Shown here: in pieces, positions 19,729 through 28,676 of the stretch | How positions within the stretch are numbered: position 1 is the first letter of the stretch | How the letters are laid out: every line of letters begins with the position of its first letter | Origin: a bacterium | Lineage (GTDB): Bacteria; JAJVIF01; JAPKYR01 | Reading direction: 5' to 3' | Assembly (NCBI GenBank): GCA_026394215.1 | Contig: JAPKYR010000154.1 | Coordinates: forward strand, 1-48,614 | DNA length: 48,614 bases | The notes under the pieces: model-generated | The model's input: the letters and a program-made list of their open reading frames with translations, nothing else | Database searches by the model: none | Told to the model about the DNA's origin: nothing | Made by a program: the position numbers and the translations under genes

Positions 19729-20127
19729 TCACGCTGATTCTTTGACATTCCGGATAACAATCCTCAGCTTCTCCCTGATTTCTTCACCGATGGGTTGAAG
19801 GAGCGCGTTCTGAACAGCCTGCATCGACGCAAGCGGATCGATCGCGGCGACCTCCACCTTCCCGTCCGGCTTCTCCTGGACAATGACATTGCATGGAAGC
19901 ATCGTGCCGATCTTATCCTCGGCCAGCAATGCTTTATACGCAAACGGCGGGTTACAGGCTCCAAGGATCGCATATTTCCGGAAATCGACATCGAGCTTCT
20001 TTTTCAGCGTGGCTTTGACATCGATTTCGGTAAGGATTCCGAATCCCTCCTCCGCAAGCGCTTTTTTAACAAGAGCGATTGCATCGTCGAAGGATTTATT
20101 AATTTCGCAGTTGATGTAGTAGGTCAT
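19729..20127 (-). CDS. DUF302 domain protein
   Basis: GFGILTEIDV, YAILGACNP, IGTMLPCNVIV, AAIDP. Confidence 0.93.
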   Translation of the reverse strand: MTYYINCEINKSFDDAIALVKKALAEEGFGILTEIDVKATLKKKLDVDFRKYAILGACNPPFAYKALLAEDKIGTMLPCNVIVQEKPDGKVEVAAIDPLASMQAVQNALLQPIGEEIREKLRIVIRNVKESA

Positions 20128-20157
20128 GGGAATTTACCTGTGCCTGTCCTTTAAAAT

Positions 20158-20601
20158 TCATCCCTGCTGCAGTTGCGAAGTGCAATTCGGACAACGGGTC
20201 GCCTTGATGGCGATCTCGCTATAGCAGAACGGGCATGCCTTTGTAGTCGGTGCTGCCTGCGGGGCTTCCTCAGCCTTCTTAAACTTGTTTACAGCACGAA
20301 TGATGAAGAAAATCACAAGCGCGACAATAATAAAATCCAGGATGTTATTGATAAACATGCCGTAATTGATTGTCGGCGCACCAGCAGCTTGCGCATCCGC
20401 AAGGGACGCGAATGTCTGGCCGGAAAGATTGATGTAGAGATTCGTGAAATCGATCCCGCCGATTAGTTTACCGATCGGGGGCATGACGATATCGGCAACC
20501 AGCGATGAGATTATTTTCCCAAAAGCGCCGCCAATAATGATGCCGATGGCCATGTCGAGAAGGTTCCCGCGCATGGTGAATTCCTTGAATTCCTTAATCA
20601 T
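20158..20601 (-). CDS. mscL: Large-conductance mechanosensitive channel with C-terminal Zn ribbon
   Basis: [50 protein letters not shown]; tail CPFC...CPNC. Confidence 0.97.
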   Translation of the reverse strand: MIKEFKEFTMRGNLLDMAIGIIIGGAFGKIISSLVADIVMPPIGKLIGGIDFTNLYINLSGQTFASLADAQAAGAPTINYGMFINNILDFIIVALVIFFIIRAVNKFKKAEEAPQAAPTTKACPFCYSEIAIKATRCPNCTSQLQQG

Positions 20602-20711
20602 TTTGTTCTCCTTTGATGCGGATTGATAATGGACTGTTGATGGGGATTAATATACCGGATAAAGGCACATAGGTCAATTATCTGATTAATGTGAGTCGGA
20701 AACCAAATGGC

Positions 20712-20747
20712 AAAAAAAAAAGACCGCTTTATGCGATCGTTTTTTTT
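20712..20747 (-). terminator. Intrinsic terminator of the tRNA operon
   Basis: Minus strand GATCGC-ATAAA-GCGGTC stem followed by a T10 run, just past the displaced tRNA 3' end. Confidence 0.75.
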
Positions 20748-20754
20748 AATCAGG

Positions 20755-20815
20755 TGGTCGGGCAGCCGGGATTTGAACCCGGGACCCCTAGCCCCCCATG
20801 CTAGTGCGCTACCGG
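20755..20815 (-). repeat. Displaced 3' portion of tRNA-Pro with CCA (att-site duplication)
   Basis: 20758-20815 is identical to 21248-21305 (58 bp); ends CGACCA; lacks the 5' acceptor strand and the first D-stem strand. Confidence 0.92.
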
Positions 20816-21305
20816 TTCCGAGAAATAACACCTGTGGAAATACAAGCATTAATCATGGTATGGATTGGGGCTGATTTGTTTATACGGGGAAACCGAGTTT
20901 CTTCAAATTTTCGAAAAAATCCTTAATGTGAGTAACTAACCTTTCATCGTAAAAATCTGATCGAGAATCGCTCCAATTAGGCATACATATAATCATATCT
21001 AAATCATATGTAAACTCGCCAAGAATATCCTCCATGGCTTCTGGAATCGGTTTACCGTTCCATGTCAACTCGCCGCGCCAATCGGCGGAAATAAACGGTA
21101 AGAGTATATCGTTCTCGTCATTCCCATCTTTCATTACTTTTTTCAGGGATTCTATAAATTGAATCAAATCAAGGTTGGACATAAAAAGGATCCCCCGCTC
21201 CATGGATCTACTCTGTACGCCAAATCCGTATCCGCAAAAAGAACATATCGGGCAGCCGGGATTTGAACCCGGGACCCCTAGCCCCCCATGCTAGTGCGCT
21301 ACCGG
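20758..21305. mobile_element. Minimal tRNA-Pro-integrated islet without integrase
   Basis: About 430 bp of unique DNA (20816-21247) between two 58-bp direct repeats of the tRNA 3' part. Confidence 0.7.
20880..21182 (-). CDS. Small acidic hypothetical protein, possibly immunity-protein-like
   Basis: 100 aa from ATG 21182 (107 aa from 21203); EDILGEFTYDLD...FYDERLVTHIKDFFENLKKLG. The immunity resemblance is by eye only. Confidence 0.65.
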   Translation of the reverse strand: MSNLDLIQFIESLKKVMKDGNDENDILLPFISADWRGELTWNGKPIPEAMEDILGEFTYDLDMIICMPNWSDSRSDFYDERLVTHIKDFFENLKKLGFPV

Positions 21306-21321
21306 GCTGCGCTACTGCCCG
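21248..21321 (-). tRNA. tRNA-Pro(GGG), no encoded CCA
   Basis: CGGGCAGTAGCGCAGCCCGGTAGCGCACTAGC-ATGGGGG-GCTAGGGGTCCCGGGTTCAAATCCCGGCTGCCCGA. Confidence 0.93.
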
Positions 21322-21417
21322 ACATCTTCAATGTTTGCAGAAACTCCAACTCATCCATTATAGCAAAATAATCCGAATATGTTCCGGATTATCAGCCAAA
21401 AGAGGATTATTTTCATT

Positions 21418-21493
<76 letters not shown>

Positions 21494-21584
21494 CTGCTTT
21501 TTCCTTATCCCACTCCTGAATAACTTCTCATGGGCTCGCAATTTTCCGGCTTTGCGATCTTCTTGTTTATCATTTTCGGCTTTC

Positions 21585-21662
21585 TGGCGGGATGGACGGG
21601 ACTCGAACCCGCGACCTCTAGATTGACAGTCTAGTATTCTAACCAAGCTGAACTACCACCCC
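21585..21662 (-). tRNA. tRNA-Asp(GTC)
   Basis: GGGGTGGTAGTTCAG...CTAGA-CTGTCAA-TCTAG...GGTTCGAGTCCCGTCCATCCCGCCA. Confidence 0.95.
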
Positions 21663-21779
21663 GCGCTTAAAGCCAGAAAATGAAGACATTGAAGTATACT
21701 CTAGAAATATTTGATACCGCAAGACCGCAAATCACAAATAACATCCAAATTCTATCTAAATAAGTAATTTTGTTCGGAA

Positions 21780-21856
21780 TGGTACCCCCAACGGGATTCG
21801 AACCCGTGTTGCCACCTTGAAAGGGTGATGTCCTGGGCCGGCTAGACGATGAGGGC
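21780..21856 (-). tRNA. tRNA-Glu(TTC)
   Basis: GCCCTCATCGTCTAG...TCACC-CTTTCAA-GGTGG...GGTTCGAATCCCGTTGGGGGTACCA. Confidence 0.95.
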
Positions 21857-21903
21857 ACGCTTTCAAAAACACCCAGTTTATTTGTCAATGTCCAAGTAAA
21901 TCT

Positions 21904-21980
21904 TGGTAGGCCGTGTGGGAATCGAACCCACTACACCCGGATTAAAAGTCCGGTGCTCTATCCATCTGAGCTAACGGCCC
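21904..21980 (-). tRNA. tRNA-Lys(TTT)
   Basis: GGGCCGTTAGCTCAG...CCGGA-CTTTTAA-TCCGG...GGTTCGATTCCCACACGGCCTACCA. Confidence 0.95.
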
Positions 21981-22014
21981 ATGAGTAAAAAGCCTAATAG
22001 CACACGAACTTTTC

Positions 22015-22043
22015 AGCATACCTTGAAAAGCTATTACTGTCAA
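22015..22043 (-). promoter_or_regulatory. Sigma70 promoter of the tRNA operon
   Basis: TTGACA-17 nt-TATGCT, about 35 nt upstream of tRNA-Lys. Confidence 0.75.
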
Positions 22044-22137
22044 TTGCTGTCATTAACTTTCATACAAATAATCCGATTCAAAATGCAGCCCACACTTAAT
22101 TTCCTTTAATTCCATCAAATTGTGTCTGAAAATTAAC

Positions 22138-22190
22138 CCTCACCCCCTGGCCCCCTCTCCAAATTTTGGAGAGGGGTTAAGGGGGTGAGG
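22138..22190. repeat. GC-rich palindrome (CCCTCACCCC/CCCCTCTCC-type REP-like hairpin)
   Basis: CCTCACCCCCT...CCCCTCTCCAA paired with TTGGAGAGGGG...AGGGGGTGAGG, just downstream of the YfhO stop. Confidence 0.7.
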
Positions 22191-22209
22191 AGCTTCAAGT
22201 CGGATTTTT

Positions 22210-24726
22210 TTATAAGGATTCTTTATGGGATTTTCCCATGCAGAACTGGTTCGGGGATAAAAGCGCGAGAATAAGAGCGATTAAAACAAGGCTGATTGCA
22301 GAAATAATTACGCCGCTTCTGAAATGTGTCGGCGTATATTTGAATACGACCTCGCTTCGACCCGCCGGGATTTTCACCGCTTTGAAAACCATATCCGCTT
22401 TGAGTAAATCGGCTTCCTTCCCGTCCACATACACCTTCCAGCCCGGATACCACTGATCCCGGAACATAAAGACGGCATCCTCGCTGACCTGCGCAATCGC
22501 CGAGTATTCATAAGGCGATACCCATCCGGCATTCACCACAGTCGACTGCCGACTCCGGCTCCAGAAGGTACCCTCATCAATTTCAGGATTCTCGTCAAGC
22601 CCCTCGACAAAAACCTGCGACCCGATATTGGCGCCACCCAGATAATCGTAGAAAGAATCCGGAATCCGGTCGGAATCAGCGACTGAGACTGGCGACGTCC
22701 AGTCCCAGAAAATCGCGTACGGCCGGACCGCAGAATCGCGCTTGTAGATAAAATATGGAATTCCGCGATTGACCCAGTCGCTCTGATCAAGCCGCGTGAA
22801 TCCGGCGATTTCAAGGTCCGGATTTTCTGTGACGATCCAGTTTATTCCAAGCGCCCACAGAAGGTTCGCCCACTTATCGCCCAGCCGCCCGTCGGTGAAA
22901 TCGACCTCCAGCCACAGATGCTGGTGCACAAGCTCCTCCCATCGCGCGAGTTCGAGCGGGAGATCGGCGTTGCAGATCGTCAGCCCTTCCATCAGACCGG
23001 CATTCGCGCTCCCGAGATGGTCGATATGGTCGTGCGCGCCGGGGATGAACGCGGCAAACCCGTCGCGCATGATTCGTCCGTGGATGCGCACGCTAGCCTG
23101 TGTGCGTATCGCGAGTATGGAAGCCTCCTCCGGATTATCCGAATTATCACGAATGTAGAGAAGGTCAGCCCTGTCCGTGTTCCAATTCTCGCGATTCAGA
23201 AGAGTTTCGGATGATGTCGAGTAGAATCCGAAAATCTGCGCTATAAGGATAATCCCGACTGCGATCGCGACCGGGATTCTTGTCCGAACAACATTTCCGA
23301 CGAAATAGGCAAGTATAAGAATTAATATTTGCCCGACAAAAATCGCGAGGGAGATTTTTGTCAATATATAATCTTCCCGCTGAATAATGAATGGAATTGC
23401 CAGTAATCCCATGCCGATCAGTTCATATGTAAACAGCGGGACAAATTTTCTCATTCCGGTCGTACCGCTTGCATGGACTAAAGGACGTTTTAACATTGCG
23501 TCCAGACCCATCCCCATTAGGGCAAGGACAGCCATCGCGAAATATCCGCCGAGCCGTCCATGTCCGCGGAATTGTCCAAGAAGTCCCTGCGATGTAAACC
23601 ACCCGGCGAAAGGCACGTTCGCTCCCATCGCAAGGTACAGGAAAATCAGGCCGGTAATAATCAGGGGAAATAAAATCCGCCGCGACTTATCGGGAAGGTT
23701 GATTCGATTCCTGATCGCGTAACCCGCGAGCATGATCGCGACCGGCCCGACAAAAATAGTCGTCGAAAGATACGGCAGAAAATGGTCGAGCGAGTAATGG
23801 TACGCGGGGAAGATAAATGTCGCGAAAAGCCGAGATGGATTCAGCCAGAGCCCGTGCGTGTAAAATTCGCTGTTGATAACGTCTGTACTTCTCTCGCTCA
23901 AACCGATCAATTCCATTATCGGGAGAAGCTGAATCGCCGTTAGTGCGACGGCCAGGGTTCCCCCTGTTACATACGGAACTCCCATTTCAACGAGAGTTTT
24001 TTTCCAGCCGGATTTTCCGGAAAAAACCACCCTCGTGATTAGATAGACGAGTGTGAAAAGTACGGCGTAGACAACATACTGTGCCTGTCCCGCGAACAAA
24101 AGGGATGCAAATACAAGCGCGATACATGCGGATCGGACAATCGGGGTTTTCCTGAATGAATCCGACCAGGCTTCGGGCTCGATTACAATCATCAGCAACG
24201 GAGTAAGAATGTACCCCTCAAGAATATTCATGTTTGCCTTGTTGAAATTGACGGTCGATCCCCACTGATGCGCGACTCCGGCGAGAAATGCGGCCAGCGG
24301 CCCGACTCCGAGACGCCGCATCCACCAGTAAAAAAATATTCCGCCAAGCACAAGACAAAAAAGCAATATGAAATTGTAGACAGTTAAAAAATCAATCGGC
24401 AGCCAAAAAAATACATTGAGCGGGTAGAAAATTCCAGCTTCCCCCTCCGCAAGAAGCGGAAGCCCGCGATCCAGGCGCGGCTCCCACAGCGGGAAATGCC
24501 CCGAACGGAGCGATTCGAACGCCGCCTGTTTCAACGGCTGGTTGATGCCGGTATGATCGAATCCCGCGAATGTCGCCTGCCCGGTCGAGATTGGGTAATA
24601 GACAAGGATCGGCAGAAAAAATAGAATGATAATGGCGAGCCGGTCGGCGTGAATAAGGCCGGATTTGGCGGGGGAAATTGGAAGGGGGCTTCCGTCAGTG
24701 TTTTGCGATTCGATATTATTTACCAC
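22210..24726 (-). CDS. YfhO-family membrane protein (GT-C type glycosyltransferase-like)
   Basis: GHFPLWEP...GLPLLAE...GIFYPLN, AIQLLP, C-terminal DQWYPGWKVYVDGK...FKAVKIPAGRSEVVFKYTP; GTG 24726 preferred as start. Confidence 0.9.
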   Translation of the reverse strand: MVNNIESQNTDGSPLPISPAKSGLIHADRLAIIILFFLPILVYYPISTGQATFAGFDHTGINQPLKQAAFESLRSGHFPLWEPRLDRGLPLLAEGEAGIFYPLNVFFWLPIDFLTVYNFILLFCLVLGGIFFYWWMRRLGVGPLAAFLAGVAHQWGSTVNFNKANMNILEGYILTPLLMIVIEPEAWSDSFRKTPIVRSACIALVFASLLFAGQAQYVVYAVLFTLVYLITRVVFSGKSGWKKTLVEMGVPYVTGGTLAVALTAIQLLPIMELIGLSERSTDVINSEFYTHGLWLNPSRLFATFIFPAYHYSLDHFLPYLSTTIFVGPVAIMLAGYAIRNRINLPDKSRRILFPLIITGLIFLYLAMGANVPFAGWFTSQGLLGQFRGHGRLGGYFAMAVLALMGMGLDAMLKRPLVHASGTTGMRKFVPLFTYELIGMGLLAIPFIIQREDYILTKISLAIFVGQILILILAYFVGNVVRTRIPVAIAVGIILIAQIFGFYSTSSETLLNRENWNTDRADLLYIRDNSDNPEEASILAIRTQASVRIHGRIMRDGFAAFIPGAHDHIDHLGSANAGLMEGLTICNADLPLELARWEELVHQHLWLEVDFTDGRLGDKWANLLWALGINWIVTENPDLEIAGFTRLDQSDWVNRGIPYFIYKRDSAVRPYAIFWDWTSPVSVADSDRIPDSFYDYLGGANIGSQVFVEGLDENPEIDEGTFWSRSRQSTVVNAGWVSPYEYSAIAQVSEDAVFMFRDQWYPGWKVYVDGKEADLLKADMVFKAVKIPAGRSEVVFKYTPTHFRSGVIISAISLVLIALILALLSPNQFCMGKSHKESL

Positions 24727-25078
24727 GTTGGCGTGATTATATCCCAGTAACGATGAAATTAAAAAGGCACATTGGCGATACATCGTAATAAAAGTAAAAA
24801 CCGGCTGGACTTCAGTCAGCTCAGGTTACACTGTAAATTTTGGCGCCTCAGGATTTACAGTGGGTTGGTAAACAAGAGAAAAGATCGCGCGGGTTGAGGC
24901 ACCGCGAGCCATATGCCACAGTTCACATAGCCATTTTCATGACTCTACCCACACTAAACCCTTAAGAGTCATAAAAATTATTCCGGACAAGAGTGAACAA
25001 TAATAAAAATGAAATAAATGCAAGCGCCGCCCGGCATCGGTAAGTTAATACGCATATAAAATATCGGGTCTATCTGTC

Positions 25079-25109
25079 TTGACACAGTCAGCACAATTGT
25101 GCTTATATT
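25079..25109 (+). promoter_or_regulatory. Possible promoter of the ABC operon with a palindromic operator
   Basis: TTGACA (25079), perfect palindrome AGCACAATTGTGCT (25090-25103), TATATT (25104); the 19-nt spacer is long. Confidence 0.45.
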
Positions 25110-25257
25110 CCAATCCGTACGGGGGAAAATATATTAATTAACAGTTCGCGCCTTTAAGTTTGCGAACCTTTTTATTGTTTCAGGTGTCATTAGTCCGTTA
25201 GGGGCGTTCGTTTGTAAAATAATCGGAAAATTTCGGTAAGGGAGAAACATCCCATCC

Positions 25258-26208
25258 ATGATTGAAGTAAAAAATCTGCTGAAGACGTACGGGAGCACAA
25301 GGGCTGTAGACGATATATCCTTCACAATAAACAAAGGTGAAGTAGTCGGTCTGCTGGGTCCCAATTGTGCCGGAAAAACGACCACCATGCGCATCCTGAC
25401 CTGCTATATCTCCCCCGATTCCGGGATGGCGTCGGTGGGCGGTTACAGCGTTATCGACCAATCGCTCGATGTGCGGAGAATTCTCGGGTACCTTCCCGAA
25501 GCGGCGCCTTTGTACCAGGAAATGAATGTCATCGACTACCTCGGGTTTATCTCCGACATTCATGGGCTTGGCGCTGCAAAGAAGGGTCGAATCGAGGCGA
25601 TGGTTGAGACCACCGGCCTCTCCGGGGTTGTCCACAAGGACATCAATGAGCTAAGTAAAGGCTATCGCCAAAGGGTTGGCCTTGCGACTGCGATGATTCA
25701 CGATCCTGAATACCTGATTCTCGACGAGCCTACGACCGGGCTGGATCCCAACCAGATCGTGGAAATCCGCAACCTGATCAGAAAAATCGGACATGATCGT
25801 AACAGGTGCGTAATCCTGTCGACCCACATCCTGCCGGAGGTCGAGGCAACCTGCGACAGAGCTATCATTATTAATGATGGAAAAATTATCGCCGAAGGCA
25901 CTCCGACTGAGCTTTCCGGATTCGCCCACGGTTCCGACGTTTACCATGTCGATGCCATCGGAAACTCGAATATTATCGAAGCGGCATTCAAGTCGAATTC
26001 AAAAATCTCCAGCTTTACATTGAAATCCGACAGCGGTAATAATCACCTTGTTTACGATATTACGTCAGCCAGTAACCAGGACATCTCCGAGGAAATCTTC
26101 GACCTGGCTGTTTCCAAAGGATTTAAATTAACCAGGCTTCACCGCGAAGTCGCCAGCCTTGAAGATATCTTCCGGACTCTTACTATCGGGGAGGCGGGTG
26201 TAAAATGA
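25258..26208 (+). CDS. ABC transporter ATP-binding subunit (GldA-like)
   Basis: Walker A GPNCAGKTT, signature LSKGYRQRVG, Walker B LILDEPTTGLDP, STH. Confidence 0.95.
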   Translation: MIEVKNLLKTYGSTRAVDDISFTINKGEVVGLLGPNCAGKTTTMRILTCYISPDSGMASVGGYSVIDQSLDVRRILGYLPEAAPLYQEMNVIDYLGFISDIHGLGAAKKGRIEAMVETTGLSGVVHKDINELSKGYRQRVGLATAMIHDPEYLILDEPTTGLDPNQIVEIRNLIRKIGHDRNRCVILSTHILPEVEATCDRAIIINDGKIIAEGTPTELSGFAHGSDVYHVDAIGNSNIIEAAFKSNSKISSFTLKSDSGNNHLVYDITSASNQDISEEIFDLAVSKGFKLTRLHREVASLEDIFRTLTIGEAGVK

Positions 26209-26942
26209 AAAGAGTAGTACCAGTATTTAATAGGGAACTCGCGCAGTATTTCAATACTCCGCTTGGGTTCATTTATATCGATGTTTTCCTCCTCCTGACC
26301 GGATTCTTCTTCTTCGAACTATTCAAGTACTTTATTTCCGAGCAAGCCAGCATGAGGAACCTGTTTCAACTTTTGCCGTGGGTCTACCTGTTCTTCGTCC
26401 CCGCAATCTCGATGAGGCTTCTGGCGGAAGACAAAAAAATCGGCACTGTCGAAGTGCTGATGACCCTCCCGTTGAGAGACTGGGAAGTTGTGCTCGCGAA
26501 ATTCCTCGCGGCTTTTATATTCCTGGCTGTCGCGCTTCTCTTAACCCTTCCCCTCGTCGTGATCGTCGCACAGTCCGCGGCTACCGGCGTCAAACTTGAC
26601 TACGGCCCGATCGTCGGCGGATACCTGTCGGCAGTCCTTATGGGCGGAGCATTCTTAGCTATCGGGATTTTCTTCTCGAGCATGACCGACAACCAGATTG
26701 TCGCTTTTATATTGTCAGTTGTGACTATGGCGGTTTTCCTTCTGATCGGATTGCCCGATATCGCGAAATTCTTCCCGCATGCGATACAGAGATTTATTCT
26801 GAACATCAGTCTCGTCAGCCATTTCTATTCAGTCGAACGCGGGGTTATCGACACCCGCGATATGCTTTATTATGCGTCGGTTATGTTCATTTTCCTCTTC
26901 GCCACTATTCGTTCGGTGGAGAGCAGAAAGTGGAAGGCGTGA
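26205..26942 (+). CDS. ABC-2 permease (GldF-like)
   Basis: RELAQYFNTP, PAISMRLLAEDKKIGTVEVLMTLP, DNQIVAF, RGVIDTRD. Confidence 0.93.
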   Translation: MKRVVPVFNRELAQYFNTPLGFIYIDVFLLLTGFFFFELFKYFISEQASMRNLFQLLPWVYLFFVPAISMRLLAEDKKIGTVEVLMTLPLRDWEVVLAKFLAAFIFLAVALLLTLPLVVIVAQSAATGVKLDYGPIVGGYLSAVLMGGAFLAIGIFFSSMTDNQIVAFILSVVTMAVFLLIGLPDIAKFFPHAIQRFILNISLVSHFYSVERGVIDTRDMLYYASVMFIFLFATIRSVESRKWKA

Positions 26943-26957
26943 TGGAGGCTTAAAAAA

Positions 26958-28637
26958 ATGCGTAAAGCTGCACAGATATCACAGAATACGATCGAGATAA
27001 TAATCATCATCGGAATTGTTATTGTCCTCAATATCCTCGGGCAGTACTTCTATTCGCGCCTGGACCTTACCGAAGATCATATATATACCCTTGCAAGTTC
27101 TTCGAAGGAAGTCGTTTCAAGCCTTCCCGATCTCGTACATATTAAAGTTTATGTCTCGGAAGAGCTTCCGCCGGTTCTTCAGAATGAGGATCAGAAACTC
27201 AGGGACCTTCTTGAGGAGTACCGCGCATCGGCATCGTCGAAGCTTGATATCCTGTTCCTGGATCCCGCTGGCCTGAGCGAAGCCGAGACGGGCGCGCTCA
27301 ATCAGAAAGGCATCCAATCTACCCAGGTCCAGATTACGAATCGCGATGAATTAAGTGTCCAGGATGTCTGGATGGGAATGGAAATCTCGTATCTCGATAA
27401 ATACGAAGTTATTCCGTTCGTCCCGAGCTCCCAAAACCTGGAATATGACATCACCTCGGCGATTCTGAAGCTTACAAGCGATGAAACACCGACAATCGGT
27501 TTCCTGACCGGCCACGGAGAAATGAATACCGAATCAAGCCAGTACCAGCAAGCTCCATTGTCGAAGCTTACCGAGCAGTTGAAGGAATTATACGTTATTC
27601 AGGATGTTGACCTCGGTAATGGCACTCCTGTCCCGGATAATATCAGTACACTGGTTATTGCCGCTCCCTCACAGCCATTTACCGACAGGCATCGCTATGT
27701 GATCGACCAGTTTCTGATGCGCGGCGGTAAGCTGGTTGTTATGGGCACAGGTTTCGAGATGGACCAGATGAGTCAGGACCAGGCGATCTTTAAAGCCTTC
27801 CCTCTCGATGGTCTTCTGTCCGAATATGGCGTAAAAATTAACAACGACATGCTCGTTGATCTTCAATTTAACCATAAAATCCCTATGAGCATGGGACAAC
27901 TGCAAGTTTATGGAGATTACCCCCTGATTCCGATCATATCTCCTCCGGACGGTTTCCCGTCCGACAGCCCGGTCACTCGCGGCCTTGAACAGCTTTTTAT
28001 TCCGTACGGAAGCTCAATTACGCTTCTGTATGACAAAATCCCCCCCCCTGAAGAAATGACCATATACGAGCTTTGTAAAACCAGCACCGGATCTTACGCG
28101 AAAACGCTTCCAACGTCTATTGATCCAAACCAGGATTTCATGCCCCCTGGCGGACAGGCGGATTTGCAGAAGCAGCTTGTAGCGGTCCAGCTCAGCGGGA
28201 TTTTCAATTCTGCCTTCACAGGTCAGCCTGTCCCGGTATTCGATCCCGATCCAAACGCAGCAGAGGGCGCAATTCCCCAGATGGACGATAAGGAAATGGT
28301 CGCCGTCAGTGTCCCGACTTCCCTGACTGTTATCGGTTGCTCAACATTAGTCGATGATAACACCATCGTGGCTCCGGGTAACGCGGTTTTCTTCCAGAAC
28401 CTGATGGAGTCGTTAAATATTGGAGACAAACTGATAGACATCAGAACCAGGACGGTAAAAAGCCGGCCGCTCAATCCGGATCTGACGCCTAACGAGAAAA
28501 ACGGGTTCAAGTTCTGGGGATATTTCTTCGTTCCGATACTCATTACAATCCTTGGAACCGGCAGGTTTTATCTCAAATCCCAGCGGAAACGATTCATGGC
28601 TACTATCCATGCCGCTGAAAAGGAAGCTGATAAATAG
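26958..28637 (+). CDS. GldG-like ABC auxiliary component
   Basis: RLDLTEDHIYTL, LEYDITSAI, IGFLTGHGE, IDQFLMRGGKL, C-terminal TM helix. Confidence 0.92.
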   Translation: MRKAAQISQNTIEIIIIIGIVIVLNILGQYFYSRLDLTEDHIYTLASSSKEVVSSLPDLVHIKVYVSEELPPVLQNEDQKLRDLLEEYRASASSKLDILFLDPAGLSEAETGALNQKGIQSTQVQITNRDELSVQDVWMGMEISYLDKYEVIPFVPSSQNLEYDITSAILKLTSDETPTIGFLTGHGEMNTESSQYQQAPLSKLTEQLKELYVIQDVDLGNGTPVPDNISTLVIAAPSQPFTDRHRYVIDQFLMRGGKLVVMGTGFEMDQMSQDQAIFKAFPLDGLLSEYGVKINNDMLVDLQFNHKIPMSMGQLQVYGDYPLIPIISPPDGFPSDSPVTRGLEQLFIPYGSSITLLYDKIPPPEEMTIYELCKTSTGSYAKTLPTSIDPNQDFMPPGGQADLQKQLVAVQLSGIFNSAFTGQPVPVFDPDPNAAEGAIPQMDDKEMVAVSVPTSLTVIGCSTLVDDNTIVAPGNAVFFQNLMESLNIGDKLIDIRTRTVKSRPLNPDLTPNEKNGFKFWGYFFVPILITILGTGRFYLKSQRKRFMATIHAAEKEADK

Positions 28638-28676
28638 GAGCATTCCGGTATATTTCGATGCAGGATGTGAATTACT

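Noticed and set aside
20158-20240. Zn-ribbon tail on MscL as a novelty
   Set aside because: This extension is already familiar in many MscL homologs.
20755-20815. A second complete tRNA-Pro
   Set aside because: The 5' 16 nt are missing, so no acceptor stem can form.
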